Shown one piece after another: positions 24,480 through 36,900 of a DNA stretch of 64,000 nt; position 1 is the first letter of the stretch; the number at the start of each line of letters is the position of its first letter. Made by a program: the position numbers and the translations under genes. The notes beneath the pieces are model-generated. The model worked only from the letters and a program-made list of their open reading frames with translations, was not told the origin of the DNA and ran no database searches. The stretch is from Neoconidiobolus thromboides FSU 785 (lineage: Eukaryota > Fungi > Entomophthoromycota), in the NCBI GenBank assembly GCA_025603075.1, contig MU626369.1, forward strand, positions 1-64,000, written 5' to 3'.

Positions 24480-25442
24480 ATAAAATTTGCTTTAACTTTA
24501 AATTGCCTTATTAGTATGTTTGATTTTAATAAATTTTAACGATTCAAAAATCTTTAATTTCTAGAATAATTACATGTTTTATAAAAGGTTTAACTTATTA
24601 CAACAATTCAATTAAAAATGAATTTTAATTCCTGTTAAATGGGAATGTAATAATTATCATGCTTTTATTACAGAAAATTCGATATTTATGAAATTTATGG
24701 TTATTGCATGTTAAAATTAAGAATTTGAAAAATCTCGTAAACGTGAGGTGTTAAAAATTGATGTTTAAAATAAGGTAAATAGATACAAACGTTAGAAAAT
24801 ATCAAATTATATTAGTGGACATGGCTTTTTAGATGTCTTTTTTGAGCAATTTAAATCATCTATTCACTTGTTTTTAATCCCCACTGATAAAAATGAAAAT
24901 CTGAGGGTAATTACTAAAAATAGGGAACTCCGTACACACTCCCTTAATTAAAAGGATGATTAAATTAATATTATGACCCATTTTAATCTGGTATAAATCC
25001 TTATTTTTAATACCCTATTTCTATTTGATAAGAAAATTTACTTTTTTAGACAACAGTCCTCTACTGCTGAAAAAGTTTATGCCCGCTCCAATATTTTAAG
25101 GGATATCTGTTTACATTTCTAATCTTTATTTTATTATAAAACGGTCATTATCTTTTAACCTATTTCAATAGCATAAATAAGGCTTATATTCCTCACCAAT
25201 CCAATTTATTATTTTTTACTAACTTGAAACTTAATAGAACAGTCTGATTGTTATAATTAGAAAGAATTCTTAATTTCTAAGTTTTAAAATAAAGATTTAA
25301 AATAAACTATAATTACTAATTACATAGCTAAATTTAAAGTCTAGTTAAAATTGAAATCTCTTATATCACTTTTTGTCTATTTTTATATAGCGCAAAATTT
25401 AAAAAAGAAATATATAAATTTGAAAAAAAATGTTACAATATT

Positions 25443-25538
25443 GAGGATGTATTTTTTGTTTAGGAATTTTATTAACAATATCTCCGCTCAAATAACGCTT
25501 AAAAAATGGAAAAGTAATGAAACCAAAAAAATATCCTC
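25443..25538 (+). mobile_element. MITE copy G
   Basis: gaggatgtattttttgtttaggaatttt...aaccaaaaaaatatcctc; flanks are not matched. Confidence 0.82.
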
Positions 25539-25646
25539 ACTATTAACTTTAAAATTGAGCAAAGTGGTAATACTGATGACATTTGTGCTTAATTTAAATC
25601 TTTGATAACTCAAAATTGAATAAAAATTGAGCTTTAGGTTTAAACT

Positions 25647-25680
25647 AACCTACAACCTACAACCTACAACCTACAACCTA
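25647..25680 (+). repeat. Heptamer tandem repeat (AACCTAC) x ~5
   Basis: aacctac x4 plus aaccta, read directly; the reverse strand is (TTGTAGG)n. Confidence 0.9.
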
Positions 25681-26318
25681 ATTTATATTTGAATTTTCAA
25701 ATCGTTTAGTTATGTTTTTAAAAAGTTATAGAGCTTTTTCCAAAACTTCACATCCCCCCTATATTAATTTTAAAATCAGAATGCTATTTTAAGATGACAG
25801 CCTCATTTATCAGAATATTCTAAAGCATTTTTAATCTATACTAAGTTTTCTTTTTTATTGAACAAAAAACAACAAGGAAAAACATAACTACCTGCTGAAG
25901 CATGGTTAAATTATAAAAAGTACTAAATGGAAATGACTATCATTTCTATTGTTCTTTTGTTTTTTCGTCGACTTTTTAATCTCATTTTACTTATTAGCAA
26001 ATTTATCAACAGACCACTTCAAAGCATATTGCTCTTCTAAGGATATATAAAAAAGTTTCTAACTCCAAAAATAAAATAATTTTATAATAAATACATCAGT
26101 AGTAAGCTTTTATTTTCTATGGTATTTATATCAAAGAGCTCAAAATTTTGTAATAGTTAATATAAGATCCTATTTACTTGAAATATAAATAGTCCAAAGA
26201 GTTAGATAAGAATTGAAATTTTCATGATTAGAATACTATTTAATATTTAATAAACCATATAAATAGGGTTTACTTATAGTTTAAATAGAATAAAATAAAA
26301 TAAAATAAAATATTATTT

Positions 26319-27914
26319 TTATTTTACAGTAATTTTACAGCCTTCCCTAAAAGGTATATGTTTCACAAATAATGATGAAATAAATGTAAAGCTAGCAAAT
26401 AAAATAAGCAACAAATATGAATATTTTATACCCTGAAGGTAGCTTTCTTGTACTAACACTATTTGATTGGGAGTTAAACTAGATATTCCGTTTGAAGATG
26501 ATATTATAGTGATAGGGTTTACATTAGGCAGCTTTTCTGCTAAAGTTGATATTAAAACTGTAGAGAAAATTGATCCTTGAATAGCTAAACCAAGGATTGA
26601 ACCTAAAGGGAAAGAAAGGCCAATTACAGCAGTGATGATTGCAACATCTTTTTCCTCTACAGCACATTGACAAATAATCAGACTATTTATTGCACATATT
26701 CCAACCCCCAATCCAATAAGTAAAGTATAAATAATTTCCTCAGCTCTGGTAATATCTAATCGTAAAAGGGTACCAAACAAAGTGACTCCTAAGAGTGTTG
26801 AAAAAGAGCCAACCATAGACATTATCCTATAGCTTTTTGTCTTGGTAATAAAAATTCCAGTGAACATTGCTCCAAAAACAGTCCCTAAAAGAAAGGGAAG
26901 GATTTCAATACCAGAATAAAGTGTTGATTTTCCTTTAACTACTTGATAATATAAAGGAATATAATATACCGTTACTAAAGAACTAAATCCGTTAAAAAAA
27001 TCCACAAGGTTAGCACATATTGTATTTCTATTTAGGATATGAACAGGAATAATTGGTTCCTTAACAAATTTTAACTCAATGATACCAAAAAAAATGTACA
27101 TCAGTATTCCAATGACAATAGTAGAAAGCACAGGTGCTGAACTCCAAGTATATTCTTTACCAGCCCAATTAAGCCCTAGAATAATACAGATATTAGCCCC
27201 AATTAAAGTTAAACTGCCCAAATAATCTATACGTAGTAACTTATTGCTTAAGTTTTCTTTTTTTGATGGTACCTTTAAAGATACAATAAACACTACCATT
27301 GTTACAATACAAATTGGTACATTTATATAAAAAGCCCAACGCCAAGATAAGCCATCACTAAATGAACCACCAATTAAAGGTGCAACTATAGAAGCTAAAC
27401 CATAAGCAGTAGAAATTGCACTCATATAAAGACCACGAGTTTTTATAGGAACTATATCTGAAAGTATAATAGCTGAAATTGCTATTAAACCACCGCCACC
27501 AATACCACAAATAGCACGAAAGATAATAAAAAGGATAATATTTTGGGTAGTACCACACGCGATAGTACCAATCAGAAAAAAGGTCAAAGAGAATAAGATC
27601 GAAGGCTTTCTACCAAAAATATCAGATAGTCTTCCATATAGTGGTAGCATTGCTGTTGAAGTTAAAGAGTATGCTACCCCTACCCAAGTAATAAGATTTA
27701 ACCCCCCAAGCTCATTAAGGATGGGTCCGAACGCTGTGGATACCATAATATTGTCTAATACAGGGATCAAATTTGATAGAATCAAGCCTAAAATTATTAT
27801 TCTTAGCCTCCACTTACTTATTTTGAACTCATCACCTATATAACTATCTTCACATCTTTGATCTAATTGATATTTTGAATCAGGCTCATCGTTTGAAAAA
27901 ATACCATCATTCAT
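26319..27914 (-). CDS. MFS drug:H+ antiporter, DHA2 (14-TMS) family
   Basis: LDNIMVSTA, YGRLSDIFGRK (motif A), FRAICGIGGGG (motif B), APLIGGSFSDGLSWRWAFYINVP (motif C). The likely ATG is at 27914 (MNDGIF). Confidence 0.93.
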   Translation of the reverse strand: MNDGIFSNDEPDSKYQLDQRCEDSYIGDEFKISKWRLRIIILGLILSNLIPVLDNIMVSTAFGPILNELGGLNLITWVGVAYSLTSTAMLPLYGRLSDIFGRKPSILFSLTFFLIGTIACGTTQNIILFIIFRAICGIGGGGLIAISAIILSDIVPIKTRGLYMSAISTAYGLASIVAPLIGGSFSDGLSWRWAFYINVPICIVTMVVFIVSLKVPSKKENLSNKLLRIDYLGSLTLIGANICIILGLNWAGKEYTWSSAPVLSTIVIGILMYIFFGIIELKFVKEPIIPVHILNRNTICANLVDFFNGFSSLVTVYYIPLYYQVVKGKSTLYSGIEILPFLLGTVFGAMFTGIFITKTKSYRIMSMVGSFSTLLGVTLFGTLLRLDITRAEEIIYTLLIGLGVGICAINSLIICQCAVEEKDVAIITAVIGLSFPLGSILGLAIQGSIFSTVLISTLAEKLPNVNPITIISSSNGISSLTPNQIVLVQESYLQGIKYSYLLLILFASFTFISSLFVKHIPFREGCKITVK

Positions 27915-28860
27915 TATGTAATTCCGCGAGCGTTGCTGCCTTTTTGTTTTATAGATTTGAATCGGTACAATAATCGAATACTTTTGTGAAATCAACTGTT
28001 AGTAGAGCTATAAGATGTTCCAGATTTATATACTTAGTTGTTTAGAAGTATTATTAATTCTAGGTATATTTATAGATTTAAATTAAAAGAATGCTTTTTT
28101 ATTTTTTTCTAGTCGAAATATGTTTTTTTTTCTTAGTTTGGATTATCTTATTGTTTATTACTGTATTGTATTTATACCTTTAAAACAGATGACTTGGGTC
28201 CTGGTCCTAAAGGAACATGTCTAAAGTTTGCCTATTAAAGACCAATGTACTAAATTTACCTCAAGTTTTTTTTACACAATATGGCTTGGCATGAATTCTT
28301 CAAGATTTAAAAATACTAAGAATAATTCATAACTTTTAGTTATACAACTTAATTACTTAAAGTATCCTTTAACTATATCAGTTTTTTAAGTCAGTCAATA
28401 AATATACAGGGATTGTAAAGAGCAACAGGTTATATTTTTATCCTAATAAAATGTTTTCCTTTTTTTCAATATGCTATTTTTTTGATATTATAGAAAGAAG
28501 AACTTAAACAAAATAAAAACAATTTTTATCTAAAATCTACTTAACAAATAAATACCTTAGATTGTGGTAAGGTTACCTCATTTAGCTAGTAATTATATAA
28601 ATAATAGAAGAGCATTTTTAAATCTACACATTTTGTTTACCCTGCTCTTTACATTTATAATTTTTAAATATAATAAGTCAAGCATAGAATTTTCACTCCG
28701 ATTTTAACAAATTAAAATTCAGTTCTACAAATACAAGTGAATAAACAATAATATTATATTTATATAGATGAGGGTAGAATAGTCCACATTTGAATAATTA
28801 TCAAACAAGCGTATTTATTTAAAAATGTAACTAGTTTTGATTTTAATTTTATAATCATAT

Positions 28861-30465
28861 TTAACTTACAGTAATATTAGAGCCTTTTCTAAAAGGAATA
28901 TGTTTCACAAACAAGGAAAATACAAATGCTAAAACTTGAAAACCAATCAAAGAGTAATATAAATATTTAAATGCTTGGATGTATGCTTGGCTGACTATGA
29001 TGGACTGCTCTGAAGTTAGTTTTCTCAACTCTTCAGCATTTGAAATAATCATATTGGTATTAATAGCAGGCAAATTTTTAGATAAATTGTTTAGTAAAAT
29101 ATTTGAAAATACGGATCCTTGGACAGCTAGTCCTAAAACCGACCCTAAAGATTGTGTAAAATTAACCAGTGCAGTGACAATTGCAACATCTTTCTCTTCA
29201 ACTGCACATTGGCATATGATGGTATTAGTTTGTACACATAAACCAAGTCCAACGCCAATGATAAGAGTAAACAAAATTTCCTCTACTCGAGTAATATCCG
29301 TCCTTAATAAAGTTCCAAATAAAATGACACCGACCAAAACTAAAGTAGTACCAACAATAGGTAGGACTCTATAGCTACCTGTCTTTGATGCAAAAATACC
29401 AGAAAAAATTGAAGCAAATATAACCCCCAACAGAAAAGGTAATAACTCTAATCCAGCATATATAGCGGAGCTCCCTTTAATAATCTGATAATATAGCGGT
29501 ATGTAGTATAAGGACACCATCAATGTAAACCCATTAAAAAAAGTGACAAGGTTAGCACTTATAGTATTTCGATTTAATACATAACCAGGCACTATAGGCT
29601 CAATGGCATACCTAATTTCTACTATTATAAAAATAGCAAACATTATGACAGCTATTATAATAGTAAATACGACCCGAAAAGAATCCCAACTGTAATCTTT
29701 GCCACCCCAATTTAATGCCAAAACTAAGCATGTGTTTGCTATAATTAAGGAAGAAGCCCCTAAATAATCAATCCTTTGAAACTTTTTCAAGAAATTTTCG
29801 TTTGTTTTAGGCAATTTTAAGAAAAACAGTATGATAGCAATAGTTATCACACAAATTGGAATATTAATATAAAATGCCCAACGCCAAGATAATCCTTCAC
29901 TAAAAGCACCCCCAATTAAAGGGCCAACGACAGAGGCAAGAGCAAATATAGCCCCTACAATACCCATATAGATGCCTCTTGTTTGCATAGGTGCCATATC
30001 TGAGATAATGATAATAGCAATTGAGATTAATCCACCCCCACCAATTCCAGCAATGGCACGAAATACAATTAAGATGATAATGTTTTGGGCTACCCCACAG
30101 ACTATGGAGCCAATTAAAAACGAAATCAATGCAAATAAAATGGTTGGTTTACGTCCAAAAATATCTGAGAATTTACCATATAGTGGCTGTAAAACAGTGC
30201 TTGTTAAGAGATAAGACGCAGCCACCCAAGTGATTTGATCCAAACTATTAAATTCGGATGTTATTATTGTTAGTGAAGTGGAGACCACTGTATTGTCCAA
30301 GGCTGCTATAAACAGAGTAAGAGATAGCCCAAGCATGATTATGATCATTTGAGAGCGTGTTATCTTCTGTTTGCTTAAATCAATACCCACTATATCTCTC
30401 TCTTCCTCATTTTCTTTAACTATGGTTTTGTTATTATTTGCTTCAACGTCATCTAGATTTTTCAT
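28861..30465 (-). CDS. MFS drug:H+ antiporter, DHA2 family (tandem paralog)
   Basis: LDNTVVST, YGKFSDIFGRK, FRAIAGIGGGG, GPLIGGAFSEGLSWRWAFYINIP. Collinear with 26319-27914. Confidence 0.94.
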   Translation of the reverse strand: MKNLDDVEANNNKTIVKENEEERDIVGIDLSKQKITRSQMIIIMLGLSLTLFIAALDNTVVSTSLTIITSEFNSLDQITWVAASYLLTSTVLQPLYGKFSDIFGRKPTILFALISFLIGSIVCGVAQNIIILIVFRAIAGIGGGGLISIAIIIISDMAPMQTRGIYMGIVGAIFALASVVGPLIGGAFSEGLSWRWAFYINIPICVITIAIILFFLKLPKTNENFLKKFQRIDYLGASSLIIANTCLVLALNWGGKDYSWDSFRVVFTIIIAVIMFAIFIIVEIRYAIEPIVPGYVLNRNTISANLVTFFNGFTLMVSLYYIPLYYQIIKGSSAIYAGLELLPFLLGVIFASIFSGIFASKTGSYRVLPIVGTTLVLVGVILFGTLLRTDITRVEEILFTLIIGVGLGLCVQTNTIICQCAVEEKDVAIVTALVNFTQSLGSVLGLAVQGSVFSNILLNNLSKNLPAINTNMIISNAEELRKLTSEQSIIVSQAYIQAFKYLYYSLIGFQVLAFVFSLFVKHIPFRKGSNITVS

Positions 30466-31342
30466 GGTTTTTAATACAAAATATGGTAAATAGCTATTAA
30501 ATAAATAATAGTTGTCATGGATTAACCCTTTATTTATATATTTTGAGTTTAGTTTTTAATTAAATGTATTTTTATGCTAGTTTCAAAGTTAACTTCTTTT
30601 GGTCTATTTTAATTTGGGGAGTATACTTAGGGTTTTAATTGGTAAGATAATTAACAAACTTTTATCATAGGTATTTAATTTAAACCTAATGGAAATTAGC
30701 TTTTATTAATTCAAATCATTATTGATTTTCTAATCTCTCAATATTATATGTTGGAATTGTAATATATTTTCAAAGGGGACCTTTAATTTATTCAATGTAA
30801 TGTTTTAACCATAGGTTTATAGAAACGTGATTTTTATATCTATATGTCTATGTCCTTAACTTTAAAATATTTACCCCAAGGCCTTAAATTTTTAAAACTG
30901 GGACTTAATTTAAAATTGTAAACTCCTTTTTTACACCTATGATTTATAAATTAAGGGTAGTAAAGTCATAACTTTATATATTTTAAAGTAATAGTATATT
31001 TTTAAGTATTTAAAGCAACATGTGTTTGAGACAGTTTAACTTTTGAACTGAGAAGATCCTATTCAACTTGATATCACTTTCGTTATAACACTTTACAGTT
31101 TTTCTATGTACACAGTCTATTCTTAGTACTTTAGGTTCTGAAATAGGTCTTTATAGCTAAAGTAATCAAAAATCTATGTTGAACCGTTTTTAATCAACAA
31201 GAATTTTCTATTAATCTTAAAAGAAATAATTATGCCAAATATTGCTATCAATACATATTATATGAAAATGGTTTTCTATTTCAGTATTTAATCCTCTTTT
31301 TAAGTTTCTTAAAATTTAAGTTATTATTAGGTATTCCTATAT

Positions 31343-31440
31343 GGAGTTTTTTTTGGTTTCATCACTTTCCCAATTTTTTAAGCGCTATTTGAGCAGAAAG
31401 ATTACTAATAAAATCTTTGAATAAAAAAATAGATACTCAC
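31343..31440 (-). mobile_element. MITE copy H
   Basis: ggagttttttttggtttcatcactttccc...aagcgctatttgagc...aaaaaaatagatactcac; flanks ATAT/ATAC. Confidence 0.8.
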
Positions 31441-32547
31441 ATACTCTTATTTAAATTTAATAATAATAAAACACTGCTTAATTTGAGAAAAAAGCTTGAA
31501 AAACAAATACAAGCTATTTAAATAAAATAGGTTACTACTTTTTATAATCTAATTTTTTTTTGAAATTTTTTTAACTATAACATTTAAATAAATCAAAAAG
31601 CAATTTATACTTCGATTTCGCAGTCTTTATAGCTAAGATTTGCCCAAAAACAAATAAACATGAGGATGTCTAATGGTGCATTTTTATATAAAAAACATTC
31701 GTATATATCACTTAAAATGGACTACTTATTCCAATGTATATTTTCTAAGTATAATGTAAAATCCTGAAGCAGATGATAATTTTGATACAAATAAAATAAG
31801 CCTTCATAAAACAGAAAATAGCTTTCAAAACACATTCTAACTTGCATCAAAACTCAAACAGTTTATTTTAAAATATTTTTACTTAAAATGATGGTATAGC
31901 TATATGGTGCATAAACAGCATAATTTCAAAAAGTAGACTAACAATCAGGCAACTTTTTGTTTAAAAATTTTTACGCGGACCAAACCTTCAGCCAATCATA
32001 TCCAAAATTATTAACCAATGAAAATTTTTCATTTAAGCTCTTTTTAAAAAGTATAAAATCAAATCTAAGGTGATTACAAATTTTATCTTTATACTATCTC
32101 AAAAGTAAGTTTTAATTTCACGTTTTTAAAATAAGACTGTGATGCATAACACACCTTTATCAACTAGCATAGGCAATGATGTTGTTAAGTTAACCATCTT
32201 TCGGGACTGATGATTTATATTATAAATTCTATCATTTTATGAATTTTATACTAATTATATTATTTTAGATCTATAAATCAGCATATATTACATATTAATA
32301 AAACTATCTAAGCTTCTAACATCATTTTATCTCTTTTACATTATAATTTACAATTTAAATAATCTGCATTTTATACCCATATAGAAAAGCTTATAGTTAA
32401 ACATTTTTTGGAAAATACTAGACCAAAGGCTAGTACCAACTTTATTAGTTATATTAAGATAGAATAAAGTAAAACAAAACAATAATTAAAATTAACACTC
32501 ACAAAATTCAACTATTGTAACAATTCAAAGTAATTATCTCTAGTGTA

Positions 32548-33483
32548 CTAAACAGTAACCTCTACCTCAACTGGATAATGATCCGATACCTTAAGCGCAA
32601 ATTCTTTATCCAATTTAAAAGCATCATCAAACCTGTACGCTTTAGCATTAGAAAAGAGCCCCTTTTGACTGGTTGGGACGATGATTCTATCCAATGCACA
32701 ATGGTTATCATTGACGGTAGTGTCATGATCATTTTCAATAAGCCAATGGAACTGTTCTCCATTAAATAAGGCTAACTGACCCAATCTCTTTTTGCTAATA
32801 AAGCTGGAGCCTGCGTTTAAGTCGCCTAATAAAATAGGGCCAATAACAGTATGGTTCACTTGCCCTTCTTCCATTGCAATGTCGCCCTGTTGTTGATGGC
32901 TATTTGTCATGCTGGGACACAAGCATGAAAATATAAAGTTTAATACCTTCTTAAACAAGCCTTCTTCTTGTTTAGATGGTGATGAGTTATCGCGGGGCTT
33001 TGGTTGTATACTCAGTTGTTCAAAAGGGGCTACCAAAGCATCCAATTCATTTTGTACCTCACTTGGCTTGACATGGATGCCTAATAATAAGATGCTTTTA
33101 AACATATCCTTTTTTAGCTGGAGTCGTAAGATAAATGGATCCCTTTCAAATAGGTCTTGGGTATCTATAAACACTTCGCTTTGTAGTAAAGTGAATAGAT
33201 CTTTTTTGTACAAGTAAATATACTTCTCTTTGTGCACATTGCGACCCAAATTGACGCTGATGCTACCCTCGTATTTATTTTTTAAAAGTTCAAGTAATAG
33301 AGCTAAGATTTTACTACCATCCATGCTCTTGGCATCTGACTCTCTTACCTCTTGTAAGAAAATAACATCATAGCGGTTTAAAATTTCTATTATGATGTCT
33401 CTTATCTGCTTATCGTCAACTAGCTTTTTAATACTAAATGATCTTATATTAAATGATGCTATTACTACTTTGTTGTTTCTCAT
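32548..33483 (-). CDS. Deoxyribonuclease I family endonuclease, no signal peptide
   Basis: IASFNIRSF, RYDVIFLQEVRE, SVNLGRNVHKEKY, FERDPF, GIHVKP, LLGDLNAGSSF, FHWLIENDHDTTV, CALDRIIV and VSDHYPVEVEV each align with DNase I-type motifs, in order. Intronless, 311 aa. Confidence 0.92.
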   Translation of the reverse strand: MRNNKVVIASFNIRSFSIKKLVDDKQIRDIIIEILNRYDVIFLQEVRESDAKSMDGSKILALLLELLKNKYEGSISVNLGRNVHKEKYIYLYKKDLFTLLQSEVFIDTQDLFERDPFILRLQLKKDMFKSILLLGIHVKPSEVQNELDALVAPFEQLSIQPKPRDNSSPSKQEEGLFKKVLNFIFSCLCPSMTNSHQQQGDIAMEEGQVNHTVIGPILLGDLNAGSSFISKKRLGQLALFNGEQFHWLIENDHDTTVNDNHCALDRIIVPTSQKGLFSNAKAYRFDDAFKLDKEFALKVSDHYPVEVEVTV

Positions 33484-33663
33484 AATTTTTATTAAACCCT
33501 AAATTCGTTATTTCTTTTAATTTTTTTTATAAACCAATAAAATAAATTGAGGATCAATTTTTTCTATCACACTTCAATTAACCAAAATAAGGCAAACAAG
33601 ATTATAAAAATAGTATATAAACAAAATTTTGGTATTATTTTATTGTTTTATATTGTAATTGCT

Positions 33664-33888
33664 ATGAAATTCATATTGTTTTTATTCTTTGTAACTTATA
33701 ATTTATCCTTACCATCCAATAATCATCCAACCCACAGCAATAACATTGAAATGCTATATCGAATAACAGGAACTGAACCAGTATATGAAAGCATACAAGG
33801 AGATAATGATATAGCCAATGAGCTAGATGTAGTAGATGTTTATGATTATTACGTCCATGATGAGCCACAATATAAGTTTGTAAACTAG
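33664..33888 (+). CDS. Small putatively secreted acidic protein (74 aa)
   Basis: ATG at 33664; signal-like MKFILFLFFVTYNLSLP, then an Asp/Glu/Tyr-rich mature part. Short, so it could be spurious. Confidence 0.55.
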   Translation: MKFILFLFFVTYNLSLPSNNHPTHSNNIEMLYRITGTEPVYESIQGDNDIANELDVVDVYDYYVHDEPQYKFVN

Positions 33889-33974
33889 TACATTTTAATA
33901 AAACTTAATCTCTTTAAACTATTTTATAAATGTTTATTATATTAATTTAAAAACCCTATCAATCAATTAGCATA

Positions 33975-36900
33975 CTAACTTAAATTCCTCAACGACCAAA
34001 GTATATGGAATGGCCTTACTGGTGCTGACAGATTAAGATCAAGTGCATATACCATACAAGAATTTGCTTTCTTAAGCAATTTCGATTCCCTATGGGTCCT
34101 ACCTAATAAAAACCTACACAAATTAAAACAAACATATAACTGAAAATAAATTAGTAAATACCATCCTAATGCTGATGACCAGCCTGGGCCATCAGTAACG
34201 GATCTTAAACAAGATTCTGCCATATCTAACTTATTTAACTCAAGGTAGCATTGTCCTAAATAAGTCAATGCTTCCGTATGAGCTGCATCCAAAATCGTAG
34301 CTCGATTCAGGCATGTAATTGCATTCTCATACTGTTTTTGAGCTAAAAAGATTTTACCATACTAATCATAAATTAATGTTATAAAAGTAAACTAAAATGA
34401 AGTTACTTGGCTCCAAATATCAGCTGAAGAAGGATCAATGGATTCTGCTTCTTCACAAGCAAGTTTAGCATCCTTATATCTTCCTAATTTATAATATGCT
34501 TGGGAAGAATGGAGCCACAATGAAACCAAAACCTGGACCCCTCTTTTTCTACGTGATAAAAGGCGTGGCAAAGAGCGCGTAGAAATATGCATTGAATAGG
34601 GTGAAGAAAGCGATGCTAAAGTAGAACTAGCATATCCTCTAGACTGACCAGAATATGGGCCTTTGGTCCCAGATTGTATAGTACCTATAATAATAAATCA
34701 AATCGCCTTCAATAATAAGAGACTTACCATATTCTTTAGATGAATAATTGCCAGCGATAGAAGCTGGTCTCTGTGCTGAATTCAATTCCTGTACTCTAGA
34801 TCTAGGAAAGGTAGAATTATTCAATTTAGATCCAGACAAAGATTCATCGAAGTTTTTATTTTTAGACATTTGATTCCCTTCTTTTGCTTCTGAAGAACCG
34901 TATACCTTAGCATACAGCGTAAACAAGGAACCGTGGTGATTTATAGCAATTTTTGTGCCTAAAGCTGCTTCCTGCAAACAATTGTAAGTTAATTTCAATG
35001 ACAATAAATCCTCGCCATCTAAATTGGTTGTTAATAAACCAAGCAACTCTTCCCCTTCTTGCTCCGTATCTTCTTTTTCTGGGTCTACCTCTCTTTCAGC
35101 TTCTCTCATAGCCACTTCGCAGATGCTTAAAGCCTGATCAAACTGTTTCTGACAACTCATCAACAGCACTAATAGGTGCCAAGCTGGCGTGTAGCTCGAA
35201 TAAAGTTCCAAACTTTGTTTTACAGATTGTATAGCCTCTTCAATAGCTCTTCCTTCGGCTTGTTGTAAGCCTAAGAAAAAGTGAGCCTCCCAATTATCTG
35301 AATCCATCTTTATTGCTTTTTCTAACGCGGATAAAGATTGGATATGGAATTGGGTACGTGTAGCGTGATTATCAGCTAAATAATTTCGTTAGCTTATTAT
35401 TTAATTCGTTTCGACTATTTTTCTACCTTTCATACTGAGGTATCCCTTTGCTACTCCCAAATGCTGATAGGCACGTGATAAAAGAGCAAGGTGATGATTG
35501 GGTCTCGTTTCACAATGTTCGATAGCCATTTCTGCTAACTTGATCGCCAACTCATAATCATCAAACTCTTGAATATGTAACTTTGCTGAGATCAAATAAG
35601 TTTCAATAACCTGGGCTAAGAGTTCTTTATCCTCTGGTGGTAAAGATCTTCGAAACTCTAACTCAGCAGAATCTAAAGTAAACTCAGAAAAGGAATCTTT
35701 TTCTTGTGTTGGTCCCAAGATACAGCTTTCTTTGACCTCGATTGATTTTTCTACAAGTTGAACATACGAGTCTAAAGCTAATTTAGCCTCTTCATATTCT
35801 CCTAAGGCTATTAAAGCAGTGGCTAAATGCCTTAACACACGTGGTGATTGATAAGTGAATTTTGCTACTCTATATAAGCTATCAACTAAGTTCTGGGTAT
35901 CAATCGCTCTGCTATTTTTCATTAAGCTCCAATTCATCATCATCTGATCTGCCATATCTAAAGCATAAGGATTAATAGATCCAGCAGTTGGGAACGATGA
36001 TAGTTGGTATATATAGCCTTCATAACGCGTTTGAACGTTGCTTAACTCATCCCTGAATGCAGCTGGGGTATAAACACTCATTAAAGAGTTGGGGCTAAAA
36101 GATTAGAAATGAGATTAGAAATAAAAAGTCAATTACCCTTCTGGCGGGTTGGCGGTATAGCTTGAATAGCATGGGATGTGCTCACCACGTTGGTAGGTTT
36201 GAGTGAGCACTAATATATAATATCTGAGTAACAAACGTTGACGATGCGGGCGGAAGATTTTATTCCAACCATTGCTTTCAGAAAAATAAAACCTAAACAC
36301 ATTGATTGCCGTTTGGTACTCTCTATGTTAAATATTAATTAATGATATATTGTTAAAATTGTTTCTTACTCTAATCTCAATGCAATCAAAGAGTGACGAT
36401 AAAACACGTTTTCAATTGTTTTTTGGAACTCGGGTTTAATCTTATCAGACAAATCTCCAGAATAATTTTTTAGGATAGTTAATCCTTTTTGATAATATTC
36501 AGATGCTTCCTTAAACTCATTTTTTAACTCAAAGCACATAGCTAACAAAATTAATCTTTAACTCCATAGTAACAGTAAATCATTACCCATGATATTCAAA
36601 GCTTGGATATAAAGTACGCAATGATAGCCTTCTAACGAAACATCTCCACTTAACGATAGCTCTTGAAGAACTTTTTCTGCCTCGCTATATTCTCCACATC
36701 CAAAATAAGCTTTTGATTTTATTATATTTGCTTGCTGAACATTAAATATTAGTTTTTTTTATTATGAATCAAAATATTTGGATACTTCAATTATACTTTT
36801 GCTTTTTTCTATATCAGTTGATAGCTGACTGCAGCTTCTGATCGCAATATCTGCATTATCGATTATCAGATTAATAGCGTTCATCGTAGTACTATCCTTT

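Noticed and set aside
31600-31900. Minus-strand frame with few stops, possibly a pseudogene
   Set aside because: No similarity to anything I recognise; the stop depletion is modest given the number of frames examined.
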